DNA from: an uncultured Pseudomonadota bacterium | Lineage (GTDB): Bacteria; Oederibacteriota; Muellerivitia; Muellerivitales; Muellerivitaceae | DNA length: 64,000 nucleotides | Reading direction: 5' to 3' | Assembly: GCA_963770835.1 (NCBI GenBank) | Contig: CAVYRH010000003.1 | Coordinates: 64,001-128,000, forward strand | Position numbers and translations under genes: made by a program | In this document: positions 1 through 11,286 of the stretch, piece after piece | Numbering within the stretch: the first letter of the stretch is position 1 | Layout: every line of letters starts with the position of its first letter | Notes under the pieces: model-generated | Told to the model about the DNA's origin: nothing | Database searches by the model: none | Seen by the model: only the letters and a program-made list of their open reading frames with translations

Positions 1-1
1 C

Positions 2-364
2 CCAAGCCAGGATTTTGGAAATATCGGGTCGGTTGTCTCTGCCATTCTGGCGATTGTTTTCCTTATAGGTGGTTTCAAATATCCGGGTGCCCTTAAAAAA
101 ATCTCGATTTTCCTCCTGCTTGTTTTTTTGGGAGCGTGCATCCCCGTTTTTCTTTTTCCGGTTGTGGAAATACTGACGGGATTCCAGGTGTATAGCCAGT
201 TGGTATCTAATAATTGGAAGCTTATAAGTGCGATTTTAGGCGCCTTATTTTCCCCTTCCTTTTGGTATTTGTTTCGTCGAATCAACCCGGACTGGAAAAG
301 GTTGGCTGGCGGCATCCTTATATGGACGATTCTTTCCTGCACATGCCTGTCGCAAAAAGGATAG
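2..364 (+). pseudogene. membrane protein fragment, open from window start and truncated by R1
   Basis: Frame 2 open from base 2, hydrophobic; ends in repeat-encoded CTCLSQKG. Confidence 0.6.
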
Positions 365-372
365 TGTGCAAC
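336..372 (+). repeat. 37-bp dispersed direct repeat R1 (CCTGCACATGCCTGTCGCAAAAAGGATAGTGTGCAAC)
   Basis: Identical to 7 other copies; flanks differ immediately on both sides; TGCACA/TGTGCA inverted ends. Confidence 0.97.
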
Positions 373-653
373 ATGGTATGGGTGGAGATTTGGTGTTGAA
401 GCCTGCCCTCAACCTCAACGTTAGTCGGGAACTGATGAACACCCAAGCCCAATACCAAGCCGCACTGGGTGGAGCATCCAATACGTCTTTTGTGGTGATG
501 GGCGTGAATCCGGCTCCCGTCCTGATGGGACTTTCTGGAAATTTGGAGCTTATGGCTGGAAAGAACTTGAGCCTTTTCATCGGATATAGCGGTTATTTCA
601 GTGGAACGGAGACCCTTAATACCTTCTCGGGGGGTGGAAATATTAATTTTTAG
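373..653 (+). pseudogene. C-terminal fragment of autotransporter-like beta-barrel
   Basis: Alternating beta-strand pattern, terminal Phe (GGGNINF); begins at R1. Confidence 0.6.
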
Positions 654-821
654 GTGGTTAATTTTTGGTTCGCGAGCAACCACAACTTGTTGAGGATGGG
701 TTGAGATTAAATTCCTATATGTTGGAGTTGAGAATTTTAATGAGACTGGAGATCTTGTTGAAAAGCGTTGTATTTCAATTAAATTCTTAATTGAATAAGT
801 TTTTCTTCGGAGGACATAAAT

Positions 822-1484
822 TTGAAAAAGTTTGTCTTTGCAATATTGATTTTCTTTTTTGTTGCCAACGAGGGATTTGCGGGGGAACTTGGATTTGGAG
901 TCAATGCTGGTTTGAACGTTGCTAATCAAGGAATTAATAATTCCCCGGGCAATAATTTTAGTTCTCTTATTGGTTTTACTGGTGGCCTATTTACCGATAT
1001 AAAATTGTTTGATTTTTTGTCTCTTCAATCAGAAGCGGATTTTACAATGAAGGGAATTCAAGATGCCGTTCCTTCTTATCCTGACTATGACACAATGGGT
1101 AATCTATTAGGATTCCCCCGATCTGATTTTTCGTTCAAATATGAATATCTTGAAGTTCCCCTACTACTGAAGGGCAATTTTAATTTGACGCCTCAACTAC
1201 AAATTAATTTATTGTCCGGGCCCTCAGTAGCATTTCTTTTAAATGAAACTACTACTTTGTCACAGCCATCTTTCGACAATTCATTGGCTTCTTCGGCAAG
1301 CGTTGACGATACAAAAGATCATTCTGGAATTGATTGGGGAGTGATATTGGGAGCCGGAATAGAATATCAAAAATTATTATTTGAAATTCGCTATGACCTT
1401 GGGTTGGATTCGGTCAATAAACCTACGTTGGGAATTGTTAAAAACAGCGTTCTATCTTTTGTAGTAGGCTACCGAATTTTTTGA
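822..1484 (+). CDS. outer membrane beta-barrel (PorT-like porin family) protein
   Basis: Signal peptide; GVNAGLN, YLEVPLLLK, RYDLGL motifs; terminal GYRIF; GGAGG RBS. Confidence 0.85.
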   Translation: MKKFVFAILIFFFVANEGFAGELGFGVNAGLNVANQGINNSPGNNFSSLIGFTGGLFTDIKLFDFLSLQSEADFTMKGIQDAVPSYPDYDTMGNLLGFPRSDFSFKYEYLEVPLLLKGNFNLTPQLQINLLSGPSVAFLLNETTTLSQPSFDNSLASSASVDDTKDHSGIDWGVILGAGIEYQKLLFEIRYDLGLDSVNKPTLGIVKNSVLSFVVGYRIF

Positions 1485-1805
1485 CTCACTAGGTTTAAAG
1501 AGTATTCCACTTTTGCACTGTTCTCCCTTCAAGCTCTTGATGGTGATTTATGAATTACTTGCTATCAATTGAGATTTATTCATGCCAAAAGTGTAAAAAG
1601 CCGTTAAAACAATGATTTTATCATTTTAGGTCATCATTTGTGCGAATTTTGAACGGAAGTATGCCTTTGTAAGATCTCACAGGCTTTAACCCTAAGCTCT
1701 AAATTGACAAACTACAAGATGGGCAGTAACGTTTTACTTGCCTTTGTTACTTTGCATGTAACTTTTAACAATATCTAATAGAAACATTTTTTGGTGGAGG
1801 GTTGC

Positions 1806-2471
1806 GTGAAGAAGCAAACCTTAATATTTGCAATTGCTTTTTTTGGGACAAGTTCGTTTCTGTTCGCTCAGGGTTTGAGGTTAGGAGTCGAGGCGGGACC
1901 AAGCTTTACTAATTTTGTTGGCCAACAAGGTAAGTCGGTGACTTCAGTAGGTCTTACTTGGGATGGATATCAAATTGACACCGGATTTACAGGCGGCCTT
2001 TTCGTAGATTGGTTTTTGTTTAACAATTTCTCCATTGAACCGGAAGTGTCTTTTGTTCAAAAAGGCTCCAACCCTCAGTCTACCATCAACAATAGTTCGG
2101 TAAATGACACAAGCAGTTCGGTTTACAGTTTGAATTACTTGGAGTTTTCATTGTTCCCAATGTATCATTTTCCTCTATTGGGCTTTACCGCAAATGTTTT
2201 TGGCGGACCATCCATTGGATTTTTGCTCTCCAACCAGATTCATTTTTTCGATTCCCAGAATTCTATAAATGTCACTTTGAATAACTACACCGGTATAAAC
2301 AATCTTGATTATGGTTTGAATCTTGGCTGTGGCGTTGAGCTTGGGCATTTTTTGCTGAATCTAAAATATCAACTGGGATTGGCGAATATTGAGAATCCTA
2401 ATCCTGGAAGTGGCGGGTTGCTTCCGGTTCAAAACCAAATGTTAACCCTTACCGCAGGTTATTACATTTAA
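1806..2471 (+). CDS. outer membrane beta-barrel (PorT-like) protein, paralog of preceding gene
   Basis: GFTGGLF, LNYLEF, KYQLGL motifs; GGAGG RBS before GTG. Confidence 0.85.
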   Translation: MKKQTLIFAIAFFGTSSFLFAQGLRLGVEAGPSFTNFVGQQGKSVTSVGLTWDGYQIDTGFTGGLFVDWFLFNNFSIEPEVSFVQKGSNPQSTINNSSVNDTSSSVYSLNYLEFSLFPMYHFPLLGFTANVFGGPSIGFLLSNQIHFFDSQNSINVTLNNYTGINNLDYGLNLGCGVELGHFLLNLKYQLGLANIENPNPGSGGLLPVQNQMLTLTAGYYI

Positions 2472-2510
2472 TGAAAAAATTTTAGTGTTCGTTTTACGTA
2501 GGAGAATTTT

Positions 2511-2890
2511 ATGAAAGTGATACTTAAAACGATATTATTTTTTTCGTTAGCAACCCTTTGTTGGTCACAGACTATTTTCACTCCTACGAATACTCCAACC
2601 TCCACACCAACTGCAACGACGACCTTGACACCGACAAATACTACAACTCCTACCCCAACTACCACGCCGTTACGTATTCTGTTTCCTCCTACAAATACAT
2701 CGGATTTCACTTCAAATTCAAACATGTATTTCTTGTGGCACTACGATACCTCGACTGGGTGGGCTCAAATCCCATTCATGCCACACCAAGGAAGTGGAAA
2801 TAATGCAGTAGGATTGTTGGCGCCCGTTACTACCTTTAATGGACAATATGCTGTTGTAAAAGGTCAGGCTCTTCCTACTTCGAATTATTT
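2511..2890 (+). pseudogene. N-terminus of secreted Thr/Pro-rich protein truncated by R2
   Basis: Signal peptide plus TPTNTPT linker; runs into repeat. Confidence 0.7.
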
Positions 2891-2927
2891 CCTGCACATG
2901 CCTGTCGCAAAAAGGATAGTGTGCAAC
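2891..2927 (+). repeat. 37-bp repeat R2
   Basis: Exact copy; truncates ORF starting at 2511. Confidence 0.97.
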
Positions 2928-3144
2928 TGAGATGGACGATACGGTGTTTATGGCTTCACCAACTAATTATTTCAACAACGGGAATAGTGATAGTTCCTTG
3001 ATTAATCCACCAGGGAATGCGAACGGATTGGAATTATCTGATACTGCCGAGTTACAAATTAATCCTGATTATGCGCCGCCAGAGATTTGTAACCAATCGA
3101 TAGGACTTGTTTATTGGAGGTTTACCGATGAATTTGGAAACTAA
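2928..3144 (+). pseudogene. C-terminal gene fragment following R2
   Basis: Open frame from the repeat; stop overlaps start of next gene. Confidence 0.45.
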
Positions 3145-4288
3145 GAAAAATCTCGGACGGTTGTTTTTTTGTTTTTCTTTTTTGGGCTGTTTTTTTGTAA
3201 TTCGAATTCTATTGTCTGCGGAGATCCCAAGCGATGGCGTTTTACTTTCCTTTCAAGGTAAGCCAGCCCAATTTACAGCTAAGGATGGTACAAAAGCCGA
3301 GTTATATGCTTCCGGCAAACAGGTGTGGGTTTGTTTTTTCCCCCCAGGAAAGAAAATGTACCTATTTCCTTGTAATCGGTATTTTTTAACCGGAAAGACT
3401 CCTTCCGGTCAGGATCGGGGATTAGTAGATGATCCAACTGGATTTTTTTTCCAGGATAAGGATGAAAAGAAAGCGGAGTTCATTGTCACGACAAAATCGT
3501 ATGGCGGAGAGTCCTTGGATGTGTTCGGTTGGAACGGCTATTTCTTCACACCCCAACCTTTTTGCCCTCCACATTTGCTTTGGGGAGTTAAGAAGGTGGA
3601 ACGCGAGTACTCAGAAACCTTAGGTCAAGATTATTTCTCGCTCGATTTTATTAATGGTCAAAGGGATATCTACTACGTTCATAACCATTATTTGGTACTA
3701 GGAAATGACGCCTTACTAAAAGTCGGTGAAAAACCCCGCACACAAGATTCTGACATCCTGGAATTAAATTCCCGCGTTGCAAAGGGTGATTGGGAAGGAG
3801 CACTGGATTCGGCAAAAAAGAATCGAAGCGCAAAAAAAGTACCGGGTAAACGAGAGATCATAAGCAATCGTATGCTCCAGGCCATTGATATTGAAAAAGG
3901 TAATTATGACGAGGCTGTGAGCGATTACTTTAAAAAGAATGACGGAACATATAACGAAAAAGCCCTTGCACCCGAGAGTTACGCAATGAGTTATGAATCT
4001 CTGGGAGATCAGTTGATCGTCAGTGGAAAGCTCGCGGAAGCAAAAGGATTTTACGAAAAGGCTATTGAGAATTATCAAAGTGAAATTGAAGGACTAAACA
4101 ACATGGAAGCTTCTTTTTTAAGCGTTTATAAGAATCTCAAATCAGTTCCAAATCTAAAACCACAACAACAAATAACCGATGAATACGCGAAACAACAAAA
4201 AGATTCTTTTGCTAAGTCTGTCGAAAAAGAAAATTCAAATATTGATCGGGTGAAACAAAAAACCGAAATGATCGACGAGCAAAAATAG
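3128..4288 (+). CDS. exported TPR-containing hypothetical protein
   Basis: N-terminal TM segment; TPR-like YESLGDQ...EAKGFYEKAI. Confidence 0.7.
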   Translation: MNLETKKNLGRLFFCFSFLGCFFVIRILLSAEIPSDGVLLSFQGKPAQFTAKDGTKAELYASGKQVWVCFFPPGKKMYLFPCNRYFLTGKTPSGQDRGLVDDPTGFFFQDKDEKKAEFIVTTKSYGGESLDVFGWNGYFFTPQPFCPPHLLWGVKKVEREYSETLGQDYFSLDFINGQRDIYYVHNHYLVLGNDALLKVGEKPRTQDSDILELNSRVAKGDWEGALDSAKKNRSAKKVPGKREIISNRMLQAIDIEKGNYDEAVSDYFKKNDGTYNEKALAPESYAMSYESLGDQLIVSGKLAEAKGFYEKAIENYQSEIEGLNNMEASFLSVYKNLKSVPNLKPQQQITDEYAKQQKDSFAKSVEKENSNIDRVKQKTEMIDEQK

Positions 4289-4390
4289 AATTTTTTTGGT
4301 TGAATTAGAAATTTTTACCGAGTTATTGGTCTTGAGCGAGGGTTTGAAATGTGGAGTTTAAAACTATCAGCCCTAAAAGCGGTTATTAAC

Positions 4391-5150
4391 ATGGCAAAAA
4401 AAGTATTCAAATTATTTATGGTTATTTATCTTTTTCAAGGCATTTCGGCCTTGGAGGCGCAGCAGGCTTTTCAGTTCTTACAATTTACCGACAATCCCAC
4501 CTACCAATCCGATTATAATTTACCTTCAACCGACCCGCTTTATGACAGCTTGGCTGGCTTGACAGCGACAAAATTTTTGAGCGATCCAGCCCCTTCTGAA
4601 TGGGCTTCAGTGCCAAGTGTCTTGGTTTGTGATTCATTTGCGAACCGGATAGTTTGGAAAGCCTGGGATACGGCCGCAAATGCATATGGTTTTAATGCTT
4701 ATTCCCATGGTTTTTCAAATCCCCAAGGAATTGCGGCCCGCAGTAACGGCCAAATTTACGTCGTGGACTCGAACAACAACCAAATAGTCCAACTTTCCTA
4801 CAACGCGGGCACCATTAATTTTGTATCCCAGTTTGGGTCGACTGGTCATGCGCCCGGCCAATTTGTTTCTCCCATGGGAATTTCTTTAGATCAAAGCGGA
4901 AATATCTATGTGGCGGATTCTGGAAACAATCGAATTCAAAAATTCGATTCCAACGGGCATCCAATTAATTCATTCATGACTCCTAGCGGCCAAAATCTGC
5001 AATCCGAACCTACAAACTGTATCGGTCCATTTTTTGGGGGGCCGTTTGGAACCCCTCGCGGGATCACGGCTAGTTATTTAGATGGTAGTATTTACGTCGC
5101 CGACACCACTGGGAATATTGCGAAATTCGATTCATCCGGGAACTTGATTA
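4391..5150 (+). pseudogene. secreted NHL-repeat protein N-terminus truncated by R3
   Basis: PxGI...IYVADSGNNRIQKFD repeats. Confidence 0.85.
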
Positions 5151-5187
5151 CCTGCACATGCCTGTCGCAAAAAGGATAGTGTGCAAC
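5151..5187 (+). repeat. 37-bp repeat R3
   Basis: Exact copy; truncates NHL-repeat ORF. Confidence 0.97.
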
Positions 5188-5248
5188 CCCCTACGCCGCC
5201 TAACCCATTTCCTTCACCAACACCGACACATCCATAAGGAGTTTATTT

Positions 5249-5902
5249 TTGAAAACATCCAATCAAAAAAATGAATTCAAATACCTTTATGGTGGCCATT
5301 ATGGGGGTCATCTTTTTCAATTATTCATTAACACTTTGTTCTTTGTTGCGTTCGGGTTAACTCATCACTACGATCACACCTTTTTCCCATTTGCGATAAT
5401 CCTGGGAATTTTTTGGATTGTCTTTGCAGTCCTTTTCTTAAAACGTATCAGTAACTTCCATACTTTGAAAAGGAATACCTATTTAAATGATTATTTAACC
5501 CAAAGATTTTATGAGTTGATGATGTTGGTCTTTGTGCCATTTTTTTTCTACTTTGTCTTTAATAAGGAGATATTTCTGTGGGTCTCTAGTTTGTTAGCAA
5601 TCTTGTATTGTTTTGAACATTTTTACATTAGGTATTCGGCCGAAAAATTAAATTTAAAACACCAAAGTATTTGGGCGGTTCGAATAGTTGTTTTTTCATG
5701 CGTCTTTTTTTATTTGTTTTTGATTTACACTTTTCGAAAATTTTTGCCTGATTTTTCTGGATTGATATGGAATCAGTTTTTTCTGGCTTCGGTGCTGACA
5801 CTGGTAATTGAAAGAATTTTGATGACTGTTTTGGGAGTAAGGGAAGGGAAAAAAATCATTTTTGATTTTTGGCAAAGGGCAACAAGTTTTAAAAAAATCT
5901 GA
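5249..5902 (+). CDS. multi-pass membrane hypothetical protein (possible immunity)
   Basis: About 6 hydrophobic segments; AAGGAG RBS; follows short Pro/Thr C-terminal tail at 5188-5238. Confidence 0.65.
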   Translation: MKTSNQKNEFKYLYGGHYGGHLFQLFINTLFFVAFGLTHHYDHTFFPFAIILGIFWIVFAVLFLKRISNFHTLKRNTYLNDYLTQRFYELMMLVFVPFFFYFVFNKEIFLWVSSLLAILYCFEHFYIRYSAEKLNLKHQSIWAVRIVVFSCVFFYLFLIYTFRKFLPDFSGLIWNQFFLASVLTLVIERILMTVLGVREGKKIIFDFWQRATSFKKI

Positions 5903-5991
5903 TACTCGAAGCCTTAGGGTAAATGCAAAGCAAAAAACATTCTACTTTATTCACATTCGGCTTGTTCTAAGCCAAAACTGGAGGAGATTTA

Positions 5992-6540
5992 ATGCGATTC
6001 AATAAAAAAGAATATTGGGTCTTTGGTTTCTTGGGGGTTTTGTTTGGGAATGTTCCACTTATGGCGCAGGAGATAAAACCAACGCCTTTACTCCAAAAAC
6101 CTATTGTCTGCAAATGGACGACTCTTGGCGGGATGCGTTATTTCTTTGCGGGCAAGCGAATCGAAGGAAAGGACTTGGAACAAACTATTTTTTCCCTAAA
6201 GGATATGGAGGCCACCAAACTTTTGAAACAATCCGAGGATTGTGAAACTCTCGGTTGGTTTGGAATCGGCATCGGGGTTCCTTTGATGGTGGCCGGAGTT
6301 GTTGGGCTAGCGAATACCGCTACGAATAATCCGAACGTGGTTAACCCCCTTTGGGCGAGCACGGGACTTGGCGGGGCAGTGATTGGAGTAGCCGGGTCCT
6401 TTTTGCTGATCCAGGGAAGGACTTCCCAATTTGCCGCAGTGCAGCGTTATAACGCCGTAATCCATGATGAAGGGGATATGTCTTTTAACCCAAGGCCGAA
6501 AACGTCAGTACCTTTGTTGACTCTAAGCGCGAAGTTTTAA
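5992..6540 (+). CDS. exported/membrane hypothetical protein
   Basis: GGAGG RBS, signal peptide, two Gly-rich TM segments. Confidence 0.7.
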   Translation: MRFNKKEYWVFGFLGVLFGNVPLMAQEIKPTPLLQKPIVCKWTTLGGMRYFFAGKRIEGKDLEQTIFSLKDMEATKLLKQSEDCETLGWFGIGIGVPLMVAGVVGLANTATNNPNVVNPLWASTGLGGAVIGVAGSFLLIQGRTSQFAAVQRYNAVIHDEGDMSFNPRPKTSVPLLTLSAKF

Positions 6541-6606
6541 CCTGTTGATTTTGTTTTGAGGGTGGGTTTGTAAAAGCAAGTTTTTAACCAAGTTTTTTGA
6601 AACGCG

Positions 6607-6985
6607 ATGGATATGAAAAAATATTGGATTTTAACCTTATATTTCATTCTCGAGGCCGGGATAGCGTGCGCCCAGACCCCGACCACATGGCCGTTTTTCA
6701 AGAACGACGTTTATCGTTCTTCTGAGCAGACGTTTGATAAAATCGCCATTAATTCCACGAACCTGTCCTTGAAATGGCAGACAACCACCCTAGGGCTGGC
6801 TAATGCTGTCGCTTATTCTTCCCCGGTCATATCCCTTGCAAACGTCTATATTGCTGCCTTGGACGGGAATATTTATGCCTACCAAAACAACCCCGTATTG
6901 GGTTCCTCCACCATCAACCCACCCCTTTGGCATTACAAAACGGACGCGCCAATCTATGGGACGCCTGCTGTTTTTGATATAGGAA
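6607..6985 (+). pseudogene. PQQ-like beta-propeller secreted protein N-terminus truncated by R4
   Basis: WPFFKND, LKWQT, YSSPVI, DGNIYAY, LWHYKT motifs. Confidence 0.8.
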
Positions 6986-7022
6986 CCTGCACATGCCTGT
7001 CGCAAAAAGGATAGTGTGCAAC
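6986..7022 (+). repeat. 37-bp repeat R4
   Basis: Exact copy; truncates PQQ-like ORF. Confidence 0.97.
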
Positions 7023-7395
7023 TTTTTGGGGTCCCGGCTTGCAATACAATGGATCAGGCGATTATGCGACTGCTGGTTACTTCGCAGGAACACCGACATC
7101 AATTGGACAATCAGGAGGAGGTTTTGGTTTGGGTGCTGCCGCGAGTGCAGGGGGTGGTTTTTGGGTTTCTAATGCGAATTCTATTTATGATTTAAACGGG
7201 CCATTTAATCTCTTCAACATTTATTTACCATTTACGACCATCAGCTTTTCGACTGGAACTGGAAGTCAAGGACAGTCGATATGGCAAGCTGGTTTTAGTT
7301 TTGGACCTTTTGGAGGTGTTGGTATTTCAGATTACACAACAACAACAGAAGGCTCGATGAACTCGGTCTCGAGTGGGTGTCCTCATGCACCGTAG
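7023..7395 (+). pseudogene. orphan C-terminal tip of polymorphic (RHS-type) toxin
   Basis: Gly/Ser-rich CT fragment starting at R4; overlaps downstream small gene. Confidence 0.5.
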
Positions 7396-7771
7396 TAATT
7401 TGATCGACCTTTTCATTGTCTTTTTCACTCCGGTTTTTATCGGCGCATTTCTTTTCCAATTTATTTTCAGAAGAAAGGAGCAAATTTTATTCAAGTTTGA
7501 GATTCTGCCAGCGCAGCTGAGGATTCATATTTTCCCGTTTTTTTGGTTGAGCTTCAATTACGACACTTTTGAATCGTTGGAAATCGCTCCATTTGGAAAA
7601 TCCTTCTCGACTATTTTTCGATTTAATATTCGGCTGATGAATGATGGGATTTATATAAAAAGGAATCGGGGGTTAATCCGTGAATTTTTTATCGGCCCCA
7701 ATGATGTCGAAAAATTCTTCCAAAAACTAAATGCGGTGGTTTCCGATTTCAAAACACAAAATGAACGTTAA
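7385..7771 (+). CDS. small membrane protein, putative immunity
   Basis: Overlaps stop of the toxin tip; N-terminal TM. Confidence 0.55.
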   Translation: MHRSNLIDLFIVFFTPVFIGAFLFQFIFRRKEQILFKFEILPAQLRIHIFPFFWLSFNYDTFESLEIAPFGKSFSTIFRFNIRLMNDGIYIKRNRGLIREFFIGPNDVEKFFQKLNAVVSDFKTQNER

Positions 7772-7869
7772 AAATCATGCTGGCTTATACTTTAAAAACG
7801 GTGGAGGATGAGAAGGAAATCAAAGAACTAAATAAAAATTGATCTGGTAATAGATAAAAGGGGGTTTGG

Positions 7870-9631
7870 ATGCTCAAGTCGACGGGAAATCAGGGAAGCT
7901 TTTACGACGCGGATTACGTATGCGAGCAGTTGATCCCGAAGGATAGCTTCTACCGTAAATTCAGGGTAATGGTGTCCCCACTGGTTCAGGATGCTGGTCT
8001 GGATGAGATGTATTGCCAGGACAACGGCCGCCCTCCTATTTCTCCCTCTCTCCTGGCCATGGCGACAATACTTCAATTTTATAGGGGGTTTTCCGACAGG
8101 GATATGGAGAGGGCCTGCATGTTCGACATCGAGATCAAGTACGCCCTTGGGCTTCGGTTGGACGAGCGGCCCTTCGACCATTCTTCCTTAGGCGATTTCA
8201 GGGAACGCCTTCTTCAAAACAGCCGGGAGAAAGAGATTTTCGACACGATACTTGAACACCTGATCGAAAAGGGGTTGGTCAAGAAGGATGAAATCCAACG
8301 CATTGACGCCACCCATGTTTTGGCCGACCTCGCCATCCCCACCATGGTGACCCTGGTGAAGAAAGGGATATTCGAGGTTCTCAAGCCCTTGAGCAAGAAC
8401 AAGGAAGTATATGAGGGATTGGGTAAGGATGTGGATTTGCGCGAATACAACAAGGAAAAGGTCAACGACGAAGGCCCTGGAAGAATGGACCTGGAGAAAA
8501 GGAAACGCAAATTGGTGGAGGTGGTGGGTGACGCCCACAAGGTGCTGGAACACGTAAGAACCCTAAAGACCAACAAAGACCTGAAGGAGCCCATTGAGAT
8601 GCTCAAGACGGATACTCCGGGAGAACATCGAGGAAGACGAAGAAGGTAATCCCAAGGAGAGAGGCTACAAGGAGAAACCAAAGGACATCATGGTTTCTCC
8701 CATTGACCCGGATGCCAGGTTTGGGGCGAAATCCGCCACCAAGCACTTCATGGGTTACAAGGCCAACATCACGGAAAGCGTCGGAAACAACATCATCACC
8801 AACGTCAAGGTCATGCGGGGAAACGCCCATGACGCGACGACCATGGTGGAGGCCATCGTTGAGCAAAAAGAGCAGGGACTTGTTCCGGCCAAGGTTATCG
8901 GTGATGCGGCTTATGGGCGAACGATCAACCGGGAAGAATTGAAGACAAACGGCACGATGGTGGTGGCCCCCATTTACAACAAGAACGACCGAGCCAAGGG
9001 GATATACCCCAAGAGCATGTTCAAATACGACGCGAAAAAGAAGCTTTTGACCTGTCCCCAGGGCGTGACGACCAAGGCGGCCTATTGGGACAAGCTTCAC
9101 CAGCTTTACAACTTCCATTTCCCAATGGCGAAATGCAACGCCTGTCCTGTGCAGAAAGAATGTACCCGTGACGCCGACGGGCGGCGGACGGTGGGAATCA
9201 GCATTAGGCATGAGGAGATGATGGAGGCGGAGACCTATAACAGGTCGTCACAGTACAAAAAAGAAATGAAATTACGCCCGGCTGTTGAAAGAAAGCTTGG
9301 CGGAGTTGGTCCGGTATCACGGCATGAGGCGGGCGAGATACCGGGGATTAAAGAAGTTGGGCCTGCAATGCTTCTTCACGGCGGCGGCGGTGAATATCAA
9401 AAGATGGATCAAGCTGATTTCGGGCGAAAGTCCAGGTCTTTCCTGTGCCGGAATGGCGTGAAAAGGCAAACCAGAAGAGATTTAAAAGGCCAAGCAGAGA
9501 AGAAAAGAAGGGAACCGGAAAAATGACTATGGTAGCCAACGAAAAACCGAGGGAGTTTTGGGTGGATTTGATCTGCCAAGATCAAGTTGTGCCCCATCCC
9601 GAAAACTTAACCTGGGTTTTCCGACGGTCTC
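7870..9631 (+). mobile_element. IS1182-family-like insertion sequence with frameshifted DDE transposase
   Basis: GRPPISP, PFDHSSLGDFRERL, IDATH, DPDARFG, GYKANI, GDAAYG, RPAVER motifs; right end TTTTCCGACGGTCTC at 9631; left end unresolved; frameshifts near 8610 and 9297. Confidence 0.85.
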
Positions 9632-10272
9632 ATGTAAGGAACAATCCTCTAAACACAAGAGACACATTAGGCCTTTATGATTCGAATTCCTTTATAGATA
9701 ACTGGTTGTATAACCCTGATTCTGTATCTGATTTTATCGATCCTGACTATTTTGATTGGTTTACTCCGCAAGTAGCCAATACAGCTGAAAGAGTTGCCCA
9801 AGGGGCTGCGATTGTAGGTGGTACCGTTGTCGGTATTTCCGCACTTGCAGGGGCCGGAACATTGCTCTACTGCGGTCTTGATGTTTTAGCTTCCGGGTCT
9901 TCTGCTTACACTTCATTCGCAATTGGCAATGTACTTACTGGCGCTGCCCAGACGGGTTTGGGTCTGTTCGGGGGAGCACAAATCATAAATCAAGGTTATC
10001 AATTCTTCACCAATCCAAATCCTGCATACAGTGAAGGTCAACCACTTTTCCAACAAAATGCTTTAACGACCGCATTGGATCTCGCAGGTGGCTTTGTAGG
10101 AAGTTCGACGATGGATTTATTAAATGGAGCTGCGAGCGCGACCTCAGATTATTCTGACATGGATCAGCAACAGGAGTCAGGGGACCCGACTAATCAAGCA
10201 ACGGATACTGCCCCAGCTTCAACCGATAACTGGTATTGGCAAGAAATTGATTTAAATCCAGATGGGACATGA
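9632..10272 (+). pseudogene. orphan RHS toxin C-terminal module
   Basis: VRNNPLNTRDTLGL RHS-core terminal motif directly after the IS, followed by variable CT. Confidence 0.75.
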
Positions 10273-10281
10273 CTTTTAGAT

Positions 10282-10836
10282 AAACCCTGCCAGCTAACCC
10301 CAGGCTTCAGCCTGGGGGCGAATGGCAGCCCGGAGGGCCGACTGAGTTTGTCGGCCCGAAGGCAAGGAACTGTGGAATGCTCTGGTCATGGGAAAATATT
10401 GGTCAGGCGCACATACCAGACACCGACTGCAATATCACCTCGTTTGGATACCCAAGTATCGGAAACGAGTCTTGCTTGGCAAAGTTGCCGTCCGCCTGCA
10501 AGAGCTGTTTAGAGAGGCGGCCCACGTCAACCGTTGGGTAATCCACGAATTGAATATTCAGCGAGACCACGTGCATATGCTGATCCAGGTTGAGCCAAAG
10601 GTGAGTGTGGCTAAAGTGGTGCAGGTGCTAAAAGGCGGTACAAGCACCAAGATCAGGCGTGAGTACCCTGAACTTGAGGAGTTTCTCTGGGGGGATAGTT
10701 TTTGGGCGGACGGCTACTTTGCGGAAAGTATAGGCACTGTGCAGGAGGAGATGATCCGCAAATATATCCGCGAGCAACAGCATGACCAGAGTATGCCGAA
10801 AGGTAGAAACCCCGGGCTTTAGCCCGGGGAGATTCA
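10282..10836 (+). mobile_element. IS200-type element (tnpA only)
   Basis: Subterminal hairpins CCCCAGGCTTCAGCCTGGGG (~10297-10316) and CCCCGGGCTTTAGCCCGGGG (~10810-10829); ends approximate. Confidence 0.85.
10388..10822 (+). CDS. tnpA: IS200/IS605 Y1 HUH transposase
   Basis: YHLVWIPKYR, DHVHML, FWADGYF, YIREQ motifs. Confidence 0.95.
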   Translation: MGKYWSGAHTRHRLQYHLVWIPKYRKRVLLGKVAVRLQELFREAAHVNRWVIHELNIQRDHVHMLIQVEPKVSVAKVVQVLKGGTSTKIRREYPELEEFLWGDSFWADGYFAESIGTVQEEMIRKYIREQQHDQSMPKGRNPGL

Positions 10837-10924
10837 TTAGCAAATAAACTAACTTTCTTGAATCGAACCTTTTTGGGGGATAATTACCAAACAAGTTTCT
10901 TGTCCAATAATTTTGGGAGTGAAA

Positions 10925-11206
10925 ATGGCCGATAAGAAAAGAATTATTGTGAATGTTTTTTTTGTGCTGATAGTACTATTGGCGGGAATTGCAGCTCTCT
11001 TTTTATTTTTTTTAATGCCGGTAATACATTCTAAGTTTGCAATTTTCCATGAATATGGATTTTTGTGGCCTCTTTTTTACATTCTTTTTATTGTTTTATA
11101 CTGTTTTGTTTTTTTTAAGTTGATCATTTGGTTATTAATCAAGTTTGTATATATGAAAATTATTGCTTGGATTGACAGAACAGACCCCCAAAGAAAAATC
11201 CCTTGA
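10925..11206 (+). CDS. small two-TM membrane protein (putative immunity)
   Basis: Hydrophobic; downstream of RHS tip. Confidence 0.55.
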   Translation: MADKKRIIVNVFFVLIVLLAGIAALFLFFLMPVIHSKFAIFHEYGFLWPLFYILFIVLYCFVFFKLIIWLLIKFVYMKIIAWIDRTDPQRKIP

Positions 11207-11249
11207 GGGTTCGAGGTTCAAAAACGCTTTTCCAGAGGAAGTTAATTGA

Positions 11250-11286
11250 CCTGCACATGCCTGTCGCAAAAAGGATAGTGTGCAAC
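11250..11286 (+). repeat. 37-bp repeat R5
   Basis: Exact copy; directly followed by an internal piece of the IS3 element. Confidence 0.97.
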
